Shown here: positions 52,174 to 63,256 of the stretch, piece after piece
How the letters are laid out: the number at the start of each line of letters is the position of its first letter
How positions within the stretch are numbered: the first letter of the stretch is position 1
From: Escherichia coli
GTDB taxonomy: Bacteria; Pseudomonadota; Gammaproteobacteria; Enterobacterales; Enterobacteriaceae
NCBI RefSeq assembly: GCF_003334255.1
Contig: NZ_QOWU01000014.1
Strand: one strand, 5' to 3'
Length of the DNA stretch: 64,000 nt
Program-made: the position numbers and the translations under genes
Notes under the pieces: model-generated
Databases searched by the model: none
Told to the model about the DNA's origin: nothing
Seen by the model: only the letters and a program-made list of their open reading frames with translations

Positions 52174-52486
52174 TGCAGGTCTCCTGGAGTCCACGCACAT
52201 CGTGTAATGAGTCTGTTGCTCATCTCCTTGTCACACGTTGTGTAAAAGTGGCACTGCCAATTGTGTTGTGTAGGGATAATGACAATGAATAGTTAACTAA
52301 ATGTTATGTATTGGCAACGTTGATGTGAGTTTTAATTGGGGAATTGTGAACCAGAGGTCAGATAAGCGAAGAATTGGTAGGGCCAATTTTTTGGTGAAGG
52401 GAGATGTCTGGTAAAGAAAAGGGCAATCCTCATCAGAGAATTGCCCTTAGATTGTTGATCCAGAGCGCCTTATCTTGCCGGATGCG

Positions 52487-52519
52487 GCGTGAACACCTTA
52501 CTCGGCCTATAGGAATGTG
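52487..52519. repeat. REP (palindromic unit) element
   Basis: TGCCGGATGCGGCGTGAACACCTTACTCGGCCTATAGG; coordinates +/-2 bp. Confidence 0.7.
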
Positions 52520-52546
52520 CAGAATCACCCTGTAGATACTGTGTTC

Positions 52547-52909
52547 TTAAAACGCGGTCTTTGAAAACCCAGTCATCTCCTGCAGGCCCATTTCGCGGCC
52601 CAGTGCGGTCATTGGGTGCACAACGACCAGTCCGCGAACACTTTTCTTCAGCTTGCCCATATCAGCCTGCTCTTTTTTGGTAATTGCGCGCTGGAATGGC
52701 ATCTTCATCAGCTTCTGTGCTTCTTTACTCAGTTTTTGGCTATGAACTTCACGCAGGCGAGCAATTTCTGCTTCCAGCGTGGCTTTCTCTTTTTCCAGCT
52801 CGGCATATTTGTCTGCGGCTTCAACCAGCGAAAGATCGGCCTGCTGGTGGCGGATGGCGTCCAGGCGATCGCTGAGACGTTTGATTTCGTTTTTTTCGAC
52901 TTCTTTCAT
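52547..52909 (-). CDS. yibL: DUF2810 family protein YibL
   Basis: 120-aa lysine-rich ORF between lldP and mtlR. Confidence 0.8.
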
Positions 52910-53193
52910 GTGATGGCTTCTGATAAAGATAAATTTATAGCCCCTAGTATGCGCGACCAGGTGCTTTGTTCACAACTAATGACATTGTAATAGTTCTGTA
53001 ACGTAATCATTAACATGCTCAAAAACTACGCAATTCGTTGATTAATTAAGAAATCTATAGAAAAAAGATAATAAACAGCAGCGGATGATTATTGAGGATT
53101 CAGCACGTTTTCCTTAATGTCATCTTTACCGGGAACCTAAACTAAAATTGGCGGCCGCGCATTCCCGGCGCGGGGTAATACGGAGATATCATC

Positions 53194-53403
53194 ATGGGCA
53201 AATTAGGTGAAAACGTTCCGCTTCTTATCGATAAAGCCGTAGATTTCATGGCATCAAGCCAGGCGTTCCGGGAGTATCTGAAAAAACTTCCTCCCCGTAA
53301 CGCGATTCCGTCCGGAATACCCGATGAAAGCGTGCCGTTATATCTACAACGTCTGGAGTATTATCGTCGGCTTTATCGGCCGAAGCAGGTAGAGGGGCAG
53401 TAA
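53194..53403 (+). CDS. yibT: small uncharacterized protein YibT
   Basis: 69-aa [34 protein letters not shown] in the mtlR-yibL gap. Confidence 0.6.
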
Positions 53404-53414
53404 GCAGACGTTGC

Positions 53415-54002
53415 TTACTTTTGAAAGGCTTTTTTTAAGCTGATTTTGGAAATCAGCTCAGTCAGTGAAAGGACCATTGTTGATCGCACAGCCTGTTGAT
53501 AGCGCTGAATTTGCATTGCATACAAACTGGAGTCTGCTGGTTCAAACTGTGGCGGCGGTGGTAACGCCGCCACGCAGTGCAGTTCACCAAAGGGTCCAAG
53601 GATTTCGTCGTCGGTAAAGGCGTACTCGTTGCCGTCGTGATTTAGCTCTTCACGCAATGCCATCAGCAGTTCCGCATCTTCGTATTCCTGGCGGTTAATG
53701 ACGCCCAACCCGTAAATGAGTTTTAAACGCACAGAAAGATCGCCCAGCGGACCATCGCCGTCGAGTAACGGTTCTACAGCATACTTCACCGCGTAATCGT
53801 CTTTGCGGAATACCTGAAGCACCAGAAGATTTACCGCCTCGGTCAGGAGCTCGACGGCGGTGATCAGAAAGCTTCGCACGGTTTTGCCAGCATTCAGACG
53901 CTCAAGCACACGGTTTTCAAAGGCCTGGGTTTGTTCCATTGTTGCCTGCATATCTGACAATCTGTTATTCGGGCGCAGGGTGTCCTGCGCCTGGTCCACC
54001 AT
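53415..54002 (-). CDS. mtlR: mannitol operon repressor
   Basis: 195-aa ORF directly downstream of mtlD. Confidence 0.9.
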   Translation of the reverse strand: MVDQAQDTLRPNNRLSDMQATMEQTQAFENRVLERLNAGKTVRSFLITAVELLTEAVNLLVLQVFRKDDYAVKYAVEPLLDGDGPLGDLSVRLKLIYGLGVINRQEYEDAELLMALREELNHDGNEYAFTDDEILGPFGELHCVAALPPPPQFEPADSSLYAMQIQRYQQAVRSTMVLSLTELISKISLKKAFQK

Positions 54003-55150
54003 TATTGCATTGCTTTATAAGCGGTTACCGCCTCGGATACAACCTCGCTGTTGGCATCAAGACCGGAAATCTGTGCCAGCGCCGCCTGCGGACCTTTGTC
54101 AGCGATCAGTGCTGCCAGTTCCTGAGCCTGCGGATCATCTTCACTGCGGAAGTGCATTGCAGCGGCAATACCTTCAATCAGGTTTTTATGTGGCAGACCA
54201 TATTCCAGCGTACCGAGCAGTGGCTTGATCAGACGGTCGCCAGCACTCAGTTTACGCAGTGGCTGACGGCCTACGCGCTCTACATCATCTTTCAGATACG
54301 GGTTCTCAAAACGGCCGAGAATTTTCTGGATGTACGCCGCATGCTTGTCAGCGTCAAAGCCGTAGCGCTTGATCAATACTGCACCACTTTCTTCCATCGC
54401 ACCTTTTACCACCGCGCGGATTTTCTCGTCGAGAATCGCGTCACGAATGGTCTGATGACCGGCCAGTTTTCCGAGGTACGCGGTTATAGCATGACCCGTG
54501 TTCAGGGTGAAGAGTTTACGTTCGACAAATGCCATCAGGTTGTCGGTTAACTCCATGCCTGGGATGTTCGGCAGTGCGCCTTTGAACTGCGTTTTATCGA
54601 CAATCCATTCGCTGAAGGTTTCTACCGTCACTTCCAGCGGATCGTTAGTTGCCGAAGCCGAAGGCGGTACGATGCGGTCAACGGCGGAATCGACAAAGCC
54701 AACGTGTTCTTCTACCCACGCTTTGGCGTCTTCCGGCAGGGCGTTCATCACATGGCCTTTCAGCTGCGTGGTACCGCGTACCATGTTTTCACAGGCGATG
54801 ATGTTCAGCGGGGATTCATTACCTTGTTCTTTACGTTTCACCAGCCCTTTGGCGATTGCCGGAGCAATACGTTCCAGCACAACCGGGCCAACGGCGGTAG
54901 TGACTAAATCAACCTGAGCAATCAGATCAACGACATCATCACCAATGCTGCTGACAGCATTGACGCCGGAAACGGTATCTACCTGCTCGGTTTCACCAAC
55001 CACATGTACCTGATAGCTATGACGGGCATTCAGGGCATCAAGTACCACCTGATTGACATCGGCAAACGTCAGTTGGATACCCGCGTCTGCCAGCAGTTTA
55101 CCGATAAAGCCACGACCGATATTACCTGCGCCAAAATGTAATGCTTTCAT
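54002..55150 (-). CDS. mtlD: mannitol-1-phosphate 5-dehydrogenase
   Basis: 382 aa from internal ATG ([20 protein letters not shown]); the longer track ORF is read-through of the REP spacer. Confidence 0.93.
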   Translation of the reverse strand: MKALHFGAGNIGRGFIGKLLADAGIQLTFADVNQVVLDALNARHSYQVHVVGETEQVDTVSGVNAVSSIGDDVVDLIAQVDLVTTAVGPVVLERIAPAIAKGLVKRKEQGNESPLNIIACENMVRGTTQLKGHVMNALPEDAKAWVEEHVGFVDSAVDRIVPPSASATNDPLEVTVETFSEWIVDKTQFKGALPNIPGMELTDNLMAFVERKLFTLNTGHAITAYLGKLAGHQTIRDAILDEKIRAVVKGAMEESGAVLIKRYGFDADKHAAYIQKILGRFENPYLKDDVERVGRQPLRKLSAGDRLIKPLLGTLEYGLPHKNLIEGIAAAMHFRSEDDPQAQELAALIADKGPQAALAQISGLDANSEVVSEAVTAYKAMQ

Positions 55151-55179
55151 AGTATTAACCTTCATCAATGTTTTTACCC

Positions 55180-55375
55180 GAGAGGGCTGGGGTGAGGCTT
55201 TTCCCTCACCCAAACCCTCTCCGTGAGGAGAGGGGCAGCGCCGGATGCGGCGTAAGCGCCTTATCCGGCCTACAAGAACGTGCAAATTCAACAAATTGTG
55301 ATGCATCCTGTAGGCCTGATAAGCGTAGCGCATCAGGCAATTAACCCCACCTTCTCCATGTGGAGAGGGTGGGAT
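55180..55375. repeat. composite REP cluster in the mtlA-mtlD spacer
   Basis: two inverted REP units (GCCGGATGCGGCGTAAGCGCCTTATCCGGCCTACA and TGTAGGCCTGATAAGCGTAGCGCATCAGGC) flanked by GGTGAGG/CCCTCTCC palindromes. Confidence 0.8.
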
Positions 55376-55379
55376 TGGA

Positions 55380-57293
55380 TTACTTACGACCTGCCAGCAG
55401 TTCCAGCACTTCATCCACGCTGGTGGTGTGTGCCAGACGCTCGATGACGGACTCATCATCCAGTGCATTGGTCAGGCTGGTGATAACCTGAATGTGCTCG
55501 TTGTTACGGGCAGCAATACCAATCACCAGACGGGCAATGTCATCTTCTTCTTCACCGAAGCGCACGCCTTCCGGGTACTGGCAGAACACGACGCCCGTTT
55601 TCAGTACGCGATCTTTCGCTTCAACCGTACCGTGTGGCACCGCGATAGACTCACCCAGATAAGTCGGGGTCAGTTTTTCACGATCCAGCATCGCCTGAAC
55701 GTATTCCGGCTCAACGTAACCGCCTTTCACCAGCTGCTCGCCAGCAAAACGAATCGCTTCTTCTTTGGTTGCCGCTTTGCGACCGAGGAAGATGTTCTCC
55801 GCGCCTAGCTTGAACAGGTTAGCACTGGAATCGTCAAAGCTGTCTTTCAGGCTGTCTTTTACTTTCTCTTCGTTTGCCGTGTGGCGTTGGGCAGCAACCA
55901 GACGTTCGGTCAGGCTGGTGTACAGGCCGCTGTCGAGGAAGTTGGTCAGCGAAATATGCTGTGCCTGCGGAACCTGGCGCATAGCGCGTTCGGTCAGGTC
56001 ACGGTGAGTGATGACGAGGTCCACATCTGGCGGCAGGTTGTTGATCGCGCTGTTAGTAACAGAAATCTGCGACAGACCTGCATCCTGAATTTTCTTACGC
56101 AGAACGCCTGCGCCCATCGCACTGGAACCCATACCGGCGTCACAGGCAACGATGATTTTACGTACGTGGCTCAGGTCGTTAGTCACATCGCCAGCAGACA
56201 GCGGAGATGCGCCTTTAGACTCAGCTTTCATGTCCTGCATACGACGAGTTGCTGCTTCAATATCATCTTCTTCTTTCACTTTGCTGGTTTTCAGCAAAAT
56301 AGCAGAGACAACGAAGGAGACAGCCATCGCCGCACACACACCCGCGATGTTAGCGAAGTAAGCACCTTTTGGTGTCATCGCCAGTACAGCAAGGATAGAA
56401 CCCGGAGATGCCGGAGAAACCAGACCACCGCCCAGGATAGTCAGCGTGAACACGCCAGTCATACCGCCGAGGATGACTGCGAGGATCAGACGCGGATTCA
56501 TCAGCACATACGGGAAGTAGATTTCGTGGATACCCCCCAGGAAGTGGATGATTGCCGCACCGCCCGCAGACTGTTTAGCGCTACCACGACCAAAGAACAT
56601 GTACGCCAGCAGCACGCCCATACCTGGACCTGGGTTAGCTTCAATCAGGAAGAAGATTGATTTACCCAGTTCATGGGACTGCTGAATACCCAGCGGCGAG
56701 AAGATACCGTGGTTAATGGCGTTGTTGAGGAACAGGATTTTCGCCGGTTCAACAAAGATAGACGCCAGCGGCAGCATGTCATGGACAACCATGAAGTTAA
56801 CGCCCGCAGCCAGCATTTTGGACAGGGCTTCAACAATCGGGCCAATGCCGAGGAATGCCAGAATAGCGAGGATCATCCCGATGATGCCTGCGGAGAAGTT
56901 ATTCACCAGCATCTCAAAACCGGATTTGATCTTACCGTCTACCCAGCGGTCGAAGTGCTTAATGCACCAGCCGCCCAGCGGACCTGCAATCATAGAACCG
57001 AGGAACATCGGCATGTCTGCGCCGACGATAACGCCCATGGTGGTGATGGCACCGACTACGCCGCCACGTTCGCCGCCTACCAGCTTACCACCGGTATAAC
57101 CGATCAGCAGCGGCAGGAGATAAGTGATCATCGGCCCGACCAGCTTCGCCAGCGTCTCGTTCGGTAACCACCCTGTTGGAATAAATAACGCGGTGATGAT
57201 ACCCCACGCGATAAACGCGCCGATATTTGGCATCACCATGTTGCTGAGGAAACGACCAAAGCTTTGCACTTTGATCTTAATATCGGATGACAT
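55380..57293 (-). CDS. mtlA: PTS mannitol-specific EIICBA component
   Basis: 637 aa [39 protein letters not shown]. Confidence 0.95.
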   Translation of the reverse strand: MSSDIKIKVQSFGRFLSNMVMPNIGAFIAWGIITALFIPTGWLPNETLAKLVGPMITYLLPLLIGYTGGKLVGGERGGVVGAITTMGVIVGADMPMFLGSMIAGPLGGWCIKHFDRWVDGKIKSGFEMLVNNFSAGIIGMILAILAFLGIGPIVEALSKMLAAGVNFMVVHDMLPLASIFVEPAKILFLNNAINHGIFSPLGIQQSHELGKSIFFLIEANPGPGMGVLLAYMFFGRGSAKQSAGGAAIIHFLGGIHEIYFPYVLMNPRLILAVILGGMTGVFTLTILGGGLVSPASPGSILAVLAMTPKGAYFANIAGVCAAMAVSFVVSAILLKTSKVKEEDDIEAATRRMQDMKAESKGASPLSAGDVTNDLSHVRKIIVACDAGMGSSAMGAGVLRKKIQDAGLSQISVTNSAINNLPPDVDLVITHRDLTERAMRQVPQAQHISLTNFLDSGLYTSLTERLVAAQRHTANEEKVKDSLKDSFDDSSANLFKLGAENIFLGRKAATKEEAIRFAGEQLVKGGYVEPEYVQAMLDREKLTPTYLGESIAVPHGTVEAKDRVLKTGVVFCQYPEGVRFGEEEDDIARLVIGIAARNNEHIQVITSLTNALDDESVIERLAHTTSVDEVLELLAGRK

Positions 57294-57436
57294 AAAAACA
57301 CCCCTTCTTATGTTTGCTGTCGCGCAGGCTGGAAGCCCGAGGTTTTTTGTTAATGTGGCGGCAGAGGTAGCCGGACCTTGTAGATACTGCGAAATCTGGC
57401 ACTGAATCGGTTAACTGTCCAGTCGACGGCCTTTTG

Positions 57437-57613
57437 TGTGATATCAATCACATAAATATAGGGGGTAGAGAGGTAATTGACGTGACGTTCATCACAAAAC
57501 GCTTGTGTAAAAAAGCAACAAGGCGGCGATTTTCGCTAAAAATGGCATTTAAATGTGAGTAGTGTCACATTTTTGTTTTGATGGTTTGTTGAATCTTTGT
57601 GATCTGAATCACA
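57437..57613. promoter_or_regulatory. array of four CRP-type palindromes upstream of mtlA
   Basis: TGTGA-N6-TCACA at about 57437-57452, 57481-57496 (CGTGA half-site), 57554-57569 and 57598-57613, plus a half-site near 57641; coordinates +/-2 bp. Confidence 0.65.
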
Positions 57614-57829
57614 AGATATTTTCTTACGGCGTTCACCTGATGTGATCTACAGCATGTTATGCCTTCGTCATACAATCGTTATGTAACTAAGCAACTCATC
57701 ACCTCTAAAAATTATTCTTTGGTGTTATGGCGAGAATCGCGAACCCGGATTATTGTCAAAATATCAGCCTGACTCCCTTCTGGCTGCCAGCCCAAAAACA
57801 ACACTGATAAACGTGAATCCGAGGCAGAT

Positions 57830-58192
57830 ATGTTTCTAAACTATTTCGCGTTGGGAGTGCTGATCTTCGTCTTTCTGGTGATTTTTTATGGAATCATCGC
57901 GATACATGACATCCCTTATCTGATTGCCAAAAAGCGCAACCATCCCCATGCCGACGCTATTCATACGGCGGGCTGGGTGAGCCTGTTTACTCTGCATGTT
58001 ATCTGGCCGTTTCTGTGGATCTGGGCGACGCTCTATCAACCGGAGCGTGGCTGGGGTATGCAGTCACATGTTGCGTCGCAGGAGAAAGCGACTGACCCGG
58101 AAATCGCCGCACTTTCTGACCGAATTTCCCGGCTGGAGCATCAACTCGCCGCCGAGAAAAAGACTGACTATTCCACGTTCCCGGAGATCTAA
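57830..58192 (+). CDS. yibI: DUF3302 small inner membrane protein
   Basis: 120 aa with two N-terminal TM helices; divergent from mtlA. Confidence 0.85.
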   Translation: MFLNYFALGVLIFVFLVIFYGIIAIHDIPYLIAKKRNHPHADAIHTAGWVSLFTLHVIWPFLWIWATLYQPERGWGMQSHVASQEKATDPEIAALSDRISRLEHQLAAEKKTDYSTFPEI

Positions 58193-58194
58193 TT

Positions 58195-59331
58195 ATGGAT
58201 CTATTGATTGTTTTAACTTACGTGGCGCTGGCGTGGGCGGTCTTTAAAATCTTCCGCATTCCGGTAAATCAGTGGACGCTGGCGACGGCGGCGCTGGGAG
58301 GCGTGTTTCTGGTGAGTGGTTTGATTTTGTTGATGAACTACAACCACCCTTACACTTTTACCGCGCAAAAGGCAGTGATAGCGATCCCTATCACGCCACA
58401 GGTGACGGGAATTGTTACTGAAGTCACTGACAAGAATAATCAGCTTATTCAAAAGGGCGAGGTGCTTTTTAAGCTCGACCCGGTTCGTTACCAGGCGCGA
58501 GTTGACAGACTTCAGGCTGACCTGATGACGGCGACGCATAATATAAAGACGCTGCGTGCGCAGCTCACTGAAGCGCAGGCCAACACCACCCAGGTTTCAG
58601 CGGAGCGCGACCGTCTGTTTAAAAATTATCAACGTTACTTGAAAGGCAGCCAGGCGGCGGTGAATCCGTTCTCGGAACGTGACATCGACGATGCGCGGCA
58701 AAATTTCCTCGCGCAGGATGCGCTGGTGAAAGGCTCGGTGGCGGAGCAGGCGCAGATCCAGAGCCAGCTCGACAGTATGGTTAACGGCGAGCAATCGCAG
58801 ATTGTGAGCTTAAGAGCGCAACTTACTGAAGCAAAATATAACCTTGAGCAGACTGTCATTCGCGCGCCGAGCAATGGCTACGTTACTCAGGTACTGATCC
58901 GCCCAGGTACATACGCAGCTGCCTTGCCGCTGCGTCCGGTGATGGTCTTCATCCCCGAGCAAAAACGGCAAATTGTCGCCCAATTTCGGCAAAACTCGCT
59001 GTTACGTCTGAAACCCGGCGATGATGCGGAAGTGGTGTTTAACGCGCTACCTGGGCAGGTGTTTCACGGCAAACTGACTAGTATTTTACCTGTCGTGCTA
59101 GGCGGTTCTTATCAGGCGCAGGGGGTATTGCAATCATTAACGGTCGTGCCCGGCACGGACGGTGTGCTGGGAACCATTGAACTGGACCCTAACGATGATA
59201 TCGATGCCTTACCCGACGGCATCTACGCCCAGGTGGCGGTTTACTCCGACCATTTCAGCCATGTTTCGGTGATGCGGAAAGTGCTGCTAAGAATGACCAG
59301 CTGGATGCATTATCTTTATTTGGATCATTGA
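58195..59331 (+). CDS. yibH: HlyD-family membrane fusion protein
   Basis: 378 aa with N-terminal TM and coiled-coil; 3 bp after yibI. Confidence 0.85.
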   Translation: MDLLIVLTYVALAWAVFKIFRIPVNQWTLATAALGGVFLVSGLILLMNYNHPYTFTAQKAVIAIPITPQVTGIVTEVTDKNNQLIQKGEVLFKLDPVRYQARVDRLQADLMTATHNIKTLRAQLTEAQANTTQVSAERDRLFKNYQRYLKGSQAAVNPFSERDIDDARQNFLAQDALVKGSVAEQAQIQSQLDSMVNGEQSQIVSLRAQLTEAKYNLEQTVIRAPSNGYVTQVLIRPGTYAAALPLRPVMVFIPEQKRQIVAQFRQNSLLRLKPGDDAEVVFNALPGQVFHGKLTSILPVVLGGSYQAQGVLQSLTVVPGTDGVLGTIELDPNDDIDALPDGIYAQVAVYSDHFSHVSVMRKVLLRMTSWMHYLYLDH

Positions 59332-59790
59332 GGGGGAGGGGGGAGATTATGGAACTTTGCTCCTTGTAAGGACTAATTATTTTTGCATATTACTTCATTA
59401 GCTGCGATGATTTTTCTTTAATATTCATTATGTTAATAAGTTCTGGATGAGTGTGCTCTCATTGGATTTTTTATCCGTCTTGTTCTGCCGCAGGATGAGA
59501 CTATACATCGTCGAGATCGCAATGATGATATGAGTTGTTCCTCCTGCGACGGCTCTAATCAAAAAAGAGCAGGAGTGCTTTTCCATCTATTGCGATGATG
59601 GCTTTATTATCTGAAGGATGACAGTCACATTTAAAAAATATTTAATCTATAGATCACAATGTAGGGTCATGGAATATATGTATACAACTATTTTCTTCTT
59701 CACTTTTAATTATCGTATTCATTATAAAACTAAGTTAAAAAAACTCCTGGAGAGTGAGTTATTAATATATTTTTAAATAAAATTAAGTTA

Positions 59791-60228
59791 TCATTCATCG
59801 ATGCACTTTATAGAATCATCAATGGCCATAATAGTACTATTAACTCTCAATTTTATATTTTTATCATCACTACAAATATTAACTGAATTTATATCAATGA
59901 TTTTTTTATTCTTATCTTTTATTTTATTTACTGTTTCAATGCAATCAGCGGCAAGTTGGAGTGGATTTAGATTTTTCAGATATGGTCTTATGATCTTTCC
60001 CTTACTTAATAAATAGCATGTATAGGATTCGGAAAGTCCAGCATCTATTTTGTACCTCATTATATTAGATAAGGATGTGAGAAATTCCTTGTTATCATTC
60101 GCAGCCATATATGCCAGTCCGAGTTCAGCCTCTGCGGCCTTACAGGCAAAATAGCTTAGTGAACACGCTTTTCGTCCCTCTTTAGTACTGGCTGATATTA
60201 GTGCCCATAATATTGCTTTGTCTGCCAA
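59791..60228 (-). CDS. hypothetical protein, possible immunity gene of the decayed rhs module
   Basis: 145-aa AT-rich ORF immediately downstream of the rhs remnant; TTG start in track, first in-frame ATG is 40 codons in; weak Sel1-like segment KAAEAELGLAYMAAND. Confidence 0.35.
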   Translation of the reverse strand: MADKAILWALISASTKEGRKACSLSYFACKAAEAELGLAYMAANDNKEFLTSLSNIMRYKIDAGLSESYTCYLLSKGKIIRPYLKNLNPLQLAADCIETVNKIKDKNKKIIDINSVNICSDDKNIKLRVNSTIMAIDDSIKCIDE

Positions 60229-60316
60229 ATCTAACTCTCTCTGAAATTGTCTTGCAGTAACTGCACTCGCAGAAATAGAGAAAAAAATACAATTGTTAAT
60301 AATCTTGCCATATTTT

Positions 60317-60930
60317 TTAGTCCGTAACTGTTAATGTGCTATCTGGCTCTGAAAATATTAACTCATTTAATTTTTGCATGTCATTAGATAAACCAGTTAT
60401 ACAACCCTCGGAACAGAATCGAGGTCCTAAAGACGGACCAAAAGCGTTTAAACAACTATGTATTGAAAATCCATTGCGATTATAAGTTCCTGTATTAACT
60501 GACGGTACTAATCGTATGCCGTCAGGTTTTCTATTGCTTGCTCCCGGGTCATTAACATTCCAACTCCATAGGCCTTGAGGTATTGGCCATCTATTTATAA
60601 ATGTGTACAACGGGGATTATTTTTACATTGCATATTATTACCAGAAGCGACTGGAATACTAAGCACATCATAAAAATTATCATCACATGGTATATCTGAA
60701 ACACACGAAAGCATACCTAAAGTTATGCTGTATAAACAGGTGGCTAATCCCAAGGGGATCGATTCCAGAAATCGGGTTCAACGGATACTGATAAAAATTC
60801 CACCTACCTTCCAGCCCAATCGGAGCCTGAGTGTTATACCGCCCCTGCTGCGGTTAATGTTACCGATAATAGTTATAGTACAGCCCTGATTCATCATCAT
60901 ACTACTGCTGCGGCAGTCTGATGAACTATT
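60317..60930 (-). pseudogene. decayed orphan rhs C-terminal fragment (frameshifted)
   Basis: 60750-60930 encodes a degenerate Rhs core end ([32 protein letters not shown]) that hits a stop near 60600, while a 97-aa ORF 60317-60610 continues in another frame. Confidence 0.55.
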
Positions 60931-60934
60931 GCTT

Positions 60935-61396
60935 TTACGGATTCTCCTTATTCTTCCTTCTATCCATTCGCTTTAGCTTTTTGAGCTCTTGAAGTTTGCT
61001 CTTTGCATCAATATTACCGTTATTTACAGCGAATTCCATCCAATAAATAGCTCTATTCAAATTATAATATTCTGATAATGTTGGATTTGTATCTGATAAA
61101 AAGACCCCATAATTAAACTGCGCTGTAACATTCCCCTGAGATGCTGATCTTTCCAAGAATCGCAATTGTTTGTAAATGTTATTTTTAGTAAAGCAGTAAT
61201 ATTGATATAGTCGAAATGATGCCTCTGAATCACCATGTTGTGATTTATACTTCAGTTTCATCAACTTTTCTTCACTTAAATCATAGGTCATTGCTGTAGA
61301 CCCCATCATACTTTCGTTTTGTTTTATTTTCACATCAGCACCATGCAATTGACAAATAAAAGAGAAATAAAAAAATAGTAACAAGCATGCTTTCAT
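60935..61396 (-). CDS. yibG: Sel1-repeat protein with N-terminal signal peptide (YibG-like), candidate immunity protein
   Basis: 153 aa; hydrophobic N-terminus MKACLLLFFYFSFICQLHG then Sel1-like repeat SASQGNVTAQFNYGVFL; directly downstream of orphan rhs tip. Confidence 0.75.
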   Translation of the reverse strand: MKACLLLFFYFSFICQLHGADVKIKQNESMMGSTAMTYDLSEEKLMKLKYKSQHGDSEASFRLYQYYCFTKNNIYKQLRFLERSASQGNVTAQFNYGVFLSDTNPTLSEYYNLNRAIYWMEFAVNNGNIDAKSKLQELKKLKRMDRRKNKENP

Positions 61397-61407
61397 ACAT
61401 CTACAAC

Positions 61408-62346
61408 CTATCTTATATCACTGGGTTTTTCTGGCGTACCTTGCATATTAGAAATGGGGTGCCCAGATGGCCCATATGTTATCCAATTACCAAGGTCTTT
61501 TGTTGTTATAGCCATTAGATCCTTATTTGAATTAAGGTTCGTTGGTGCTGTTAGCACTGTATCCATTTTTAACTTACCATTAGTTCCTCGCCCCCACCAC
61601 GTCCATAGCGTGTCAGGTCCTATTACATTTGTATGTAACTCTTTAGCTAATTGGCTAGCAAATGAATTTTGTCCTTTACCTGTATTACAAGAAAATAACC
61701 AAACTGTCATCCCATCTTTATAATTCCCATCAAATTTAATTAGATATGCTAGATCTTTAGCTGTCATGATACTGCGCGTTGCGGATTCAATAGATGTGGG
61801 GGTACCATGCCCCCCGATTGTGAAAACGCCTGGGATATTAATCTCATCAGCTACAGAATGGATAAGATCACTTTCGGGGTATAAATTTATATCAACCAAA
61901 CCTTGCGGATCTACATTTATGACCGGATTCAACGGATACTGATAAAAATTCCATCCCCCCTTCAGTCCAATCGGATCCTGAGTGATATACCGCCCCAGCA
62001 GCGGGTCATAATAGCGGTGGCGGTTGTAATACAGGCCGGACTCCTCATCATACTGCTGACCCGGCAGGCGAATGAGCTGCTGCAGATGATGCGGGTTCTC
62101 ATCACTCAGCAGGTTGCCCCATTCATCATATTCTGCGCACCACGCTGTTGCCCCTTCCGTGCTGATGAGCGCCAGCGGCAGGCCGCGATGGTCGCAGTGG
62201 TACAGGTGGATTTTTCGCGCCGGCGTGTACACCGGGTCCATCTGGTTTTGCATCTGCTCCACGGTCAGGCCGCACGATGCCAGCCAGCGGCGGCTTTCCT
62301 CACTCACCCGGTCAGCCAGGATTTCACTTTCCAGCCGGTCGAGCAT
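61408..62346 (-). CDS. orphan Rhs C-terminal toxin module (core end plus variable CT)
   Basis: starts inside Rhs core homology (MLDRLES...[26 protein letters not shown]...[39 protein letters not shown]) followed by about 160 aa of unrelated sequence; ATG at third codon of track ORF. Confidence 0.75.
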   Translation of the reverse strand: MLDRLESEILADRVSEESRRWLASCGLTVEQMQNQMDPVYTPARKIHLYHCDHRGLPLALISTEGATAWCAEYDEWGNLLSDENPHHLQQLIRLPGQQYDEESGLYYNRHRYYDPLLGRYITQDPIGLKGGWNFYQYPLNPVINVDPQGLVDINLYPESDLIHSVADEINIPGVFTIGGHGTPTSIESATRSIMTAKDLAYLIKFDGNYKDGMTVWLFSCNTGKGQNSFASQLAKELHTNVIGPDTLWTWWGRGTNGKLKMDTVLTAPTNLNSNKDLMAITTKDLGNWITYGPSGHPISNMQGTPEKPSDIR

Positions 62347-62393
62347 CTGCACCGTGCCGGCGGGAATCCCCCACTGTGCATAGGCAACTCACG

Positions 62394-63236
62394 CTATGAA
62401 CGCTTCAGCTTATCAATAGCGGAAGTTATAATTTCATTGTCATCAAACTTGTACAACATAGTATCTAAAACAGGAAGTAGCGTTTTATCACCTAATTCAC
62501 CCGCAGCTTCAATGATATCATCATAAACAGTATTTTTTTTTAACTCATCGCATAAAACAGATAAAACCCTTTTATCTTTTCTGTAGGAAAGTCCGATTAT
62601 TGCTTCAATACGGACTTCCTCATTTTTATCCTGAAGCATCTCCACAAAACAATCCCTAATATCACTATTATCATATTTATTGATATTTATTGCAAATGCG
62701 GCCCAGTTTCTGACATCTCCATTTGGATCTTTTAACAGATTAATCAATAGTGGAATTGTTGCTTTATCATTGATAACAGAAATAGCAAATGCTGTAGCAC
62801 GTCTGACATTAGTCGATTTATCAAAAGCAGTAATTTGAGATTGTTCTACTATTTTAGGTGAATAAATTGGGTTTTTCTTGCATCGCTGAGCTGTTGACTC
62901 GATTGCCGTAGCTCGAACGCAAGCGCTCTTATCATTCAATGCCATATTGTTCAAAATATTAAAAACATTATCTTCGCATTTTTTGCAAATTTTTATTTGC
63001 CCGAGTATAAATGCTCCGATATCTCTACGGATATAATTTTTATCAGAGCAGAACTCAATTGCCAATCTAACAGCGTCTTGCCCACCTCTTAACTGTAATA
63101 CTCTGGCAGATGAAATCCTTTTCAAGGAATTGTGATCATCAAGTAAGCGAAATAATTCATCATCATTTAGTTTCTTACATTGATTATATAAACCATACTC
63201 TTTACTTGCCTTTCTTTTCTGGTATGTATTTGACAT
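62394..63236 (-). CDS. yibA: HEAT-repeat protein YibA, candidate immunity protein for the main Rhs tip
   Basis: 280 aa from internal ATG (MSNTYQKRKASKEYGLYNQ); directly downstream of main rhs stop. Confidence 0.8.
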   Translation of the reverse strand: MSNTYQKRKASKEYGLYNQCKKLNDDELFRLLDDHNSLKRISSARVLQLRGGQDAVRLAIEFCSDKNYIRRDIGAFILGQIKICKKCEDNVFNILNNMALNDKSACVRATAIESTAQRCKKNPIYSPKIVEQSQITAFDKSTNVRRATAFAISVINDKATIPLLINLLKDPNGDVRNWAAFAININKYDNSDIRDCFVEMLQDKNEEVRIEAIIGLSYRKDKRVLSVLCDELKKNTVYDDIIEAAGELGDKTLLPVLDTMLYKFDDNEIITSAIDKLKRS

Positions 63237-63256
63237 TGCAGGAACCTCCACAAGGG

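Noticed and set aside
55881-57167. Plus-strand ORFs of 259 and 164 aa
   Set aside because: Antisense to mtlA; composition typical of antisense read-through.
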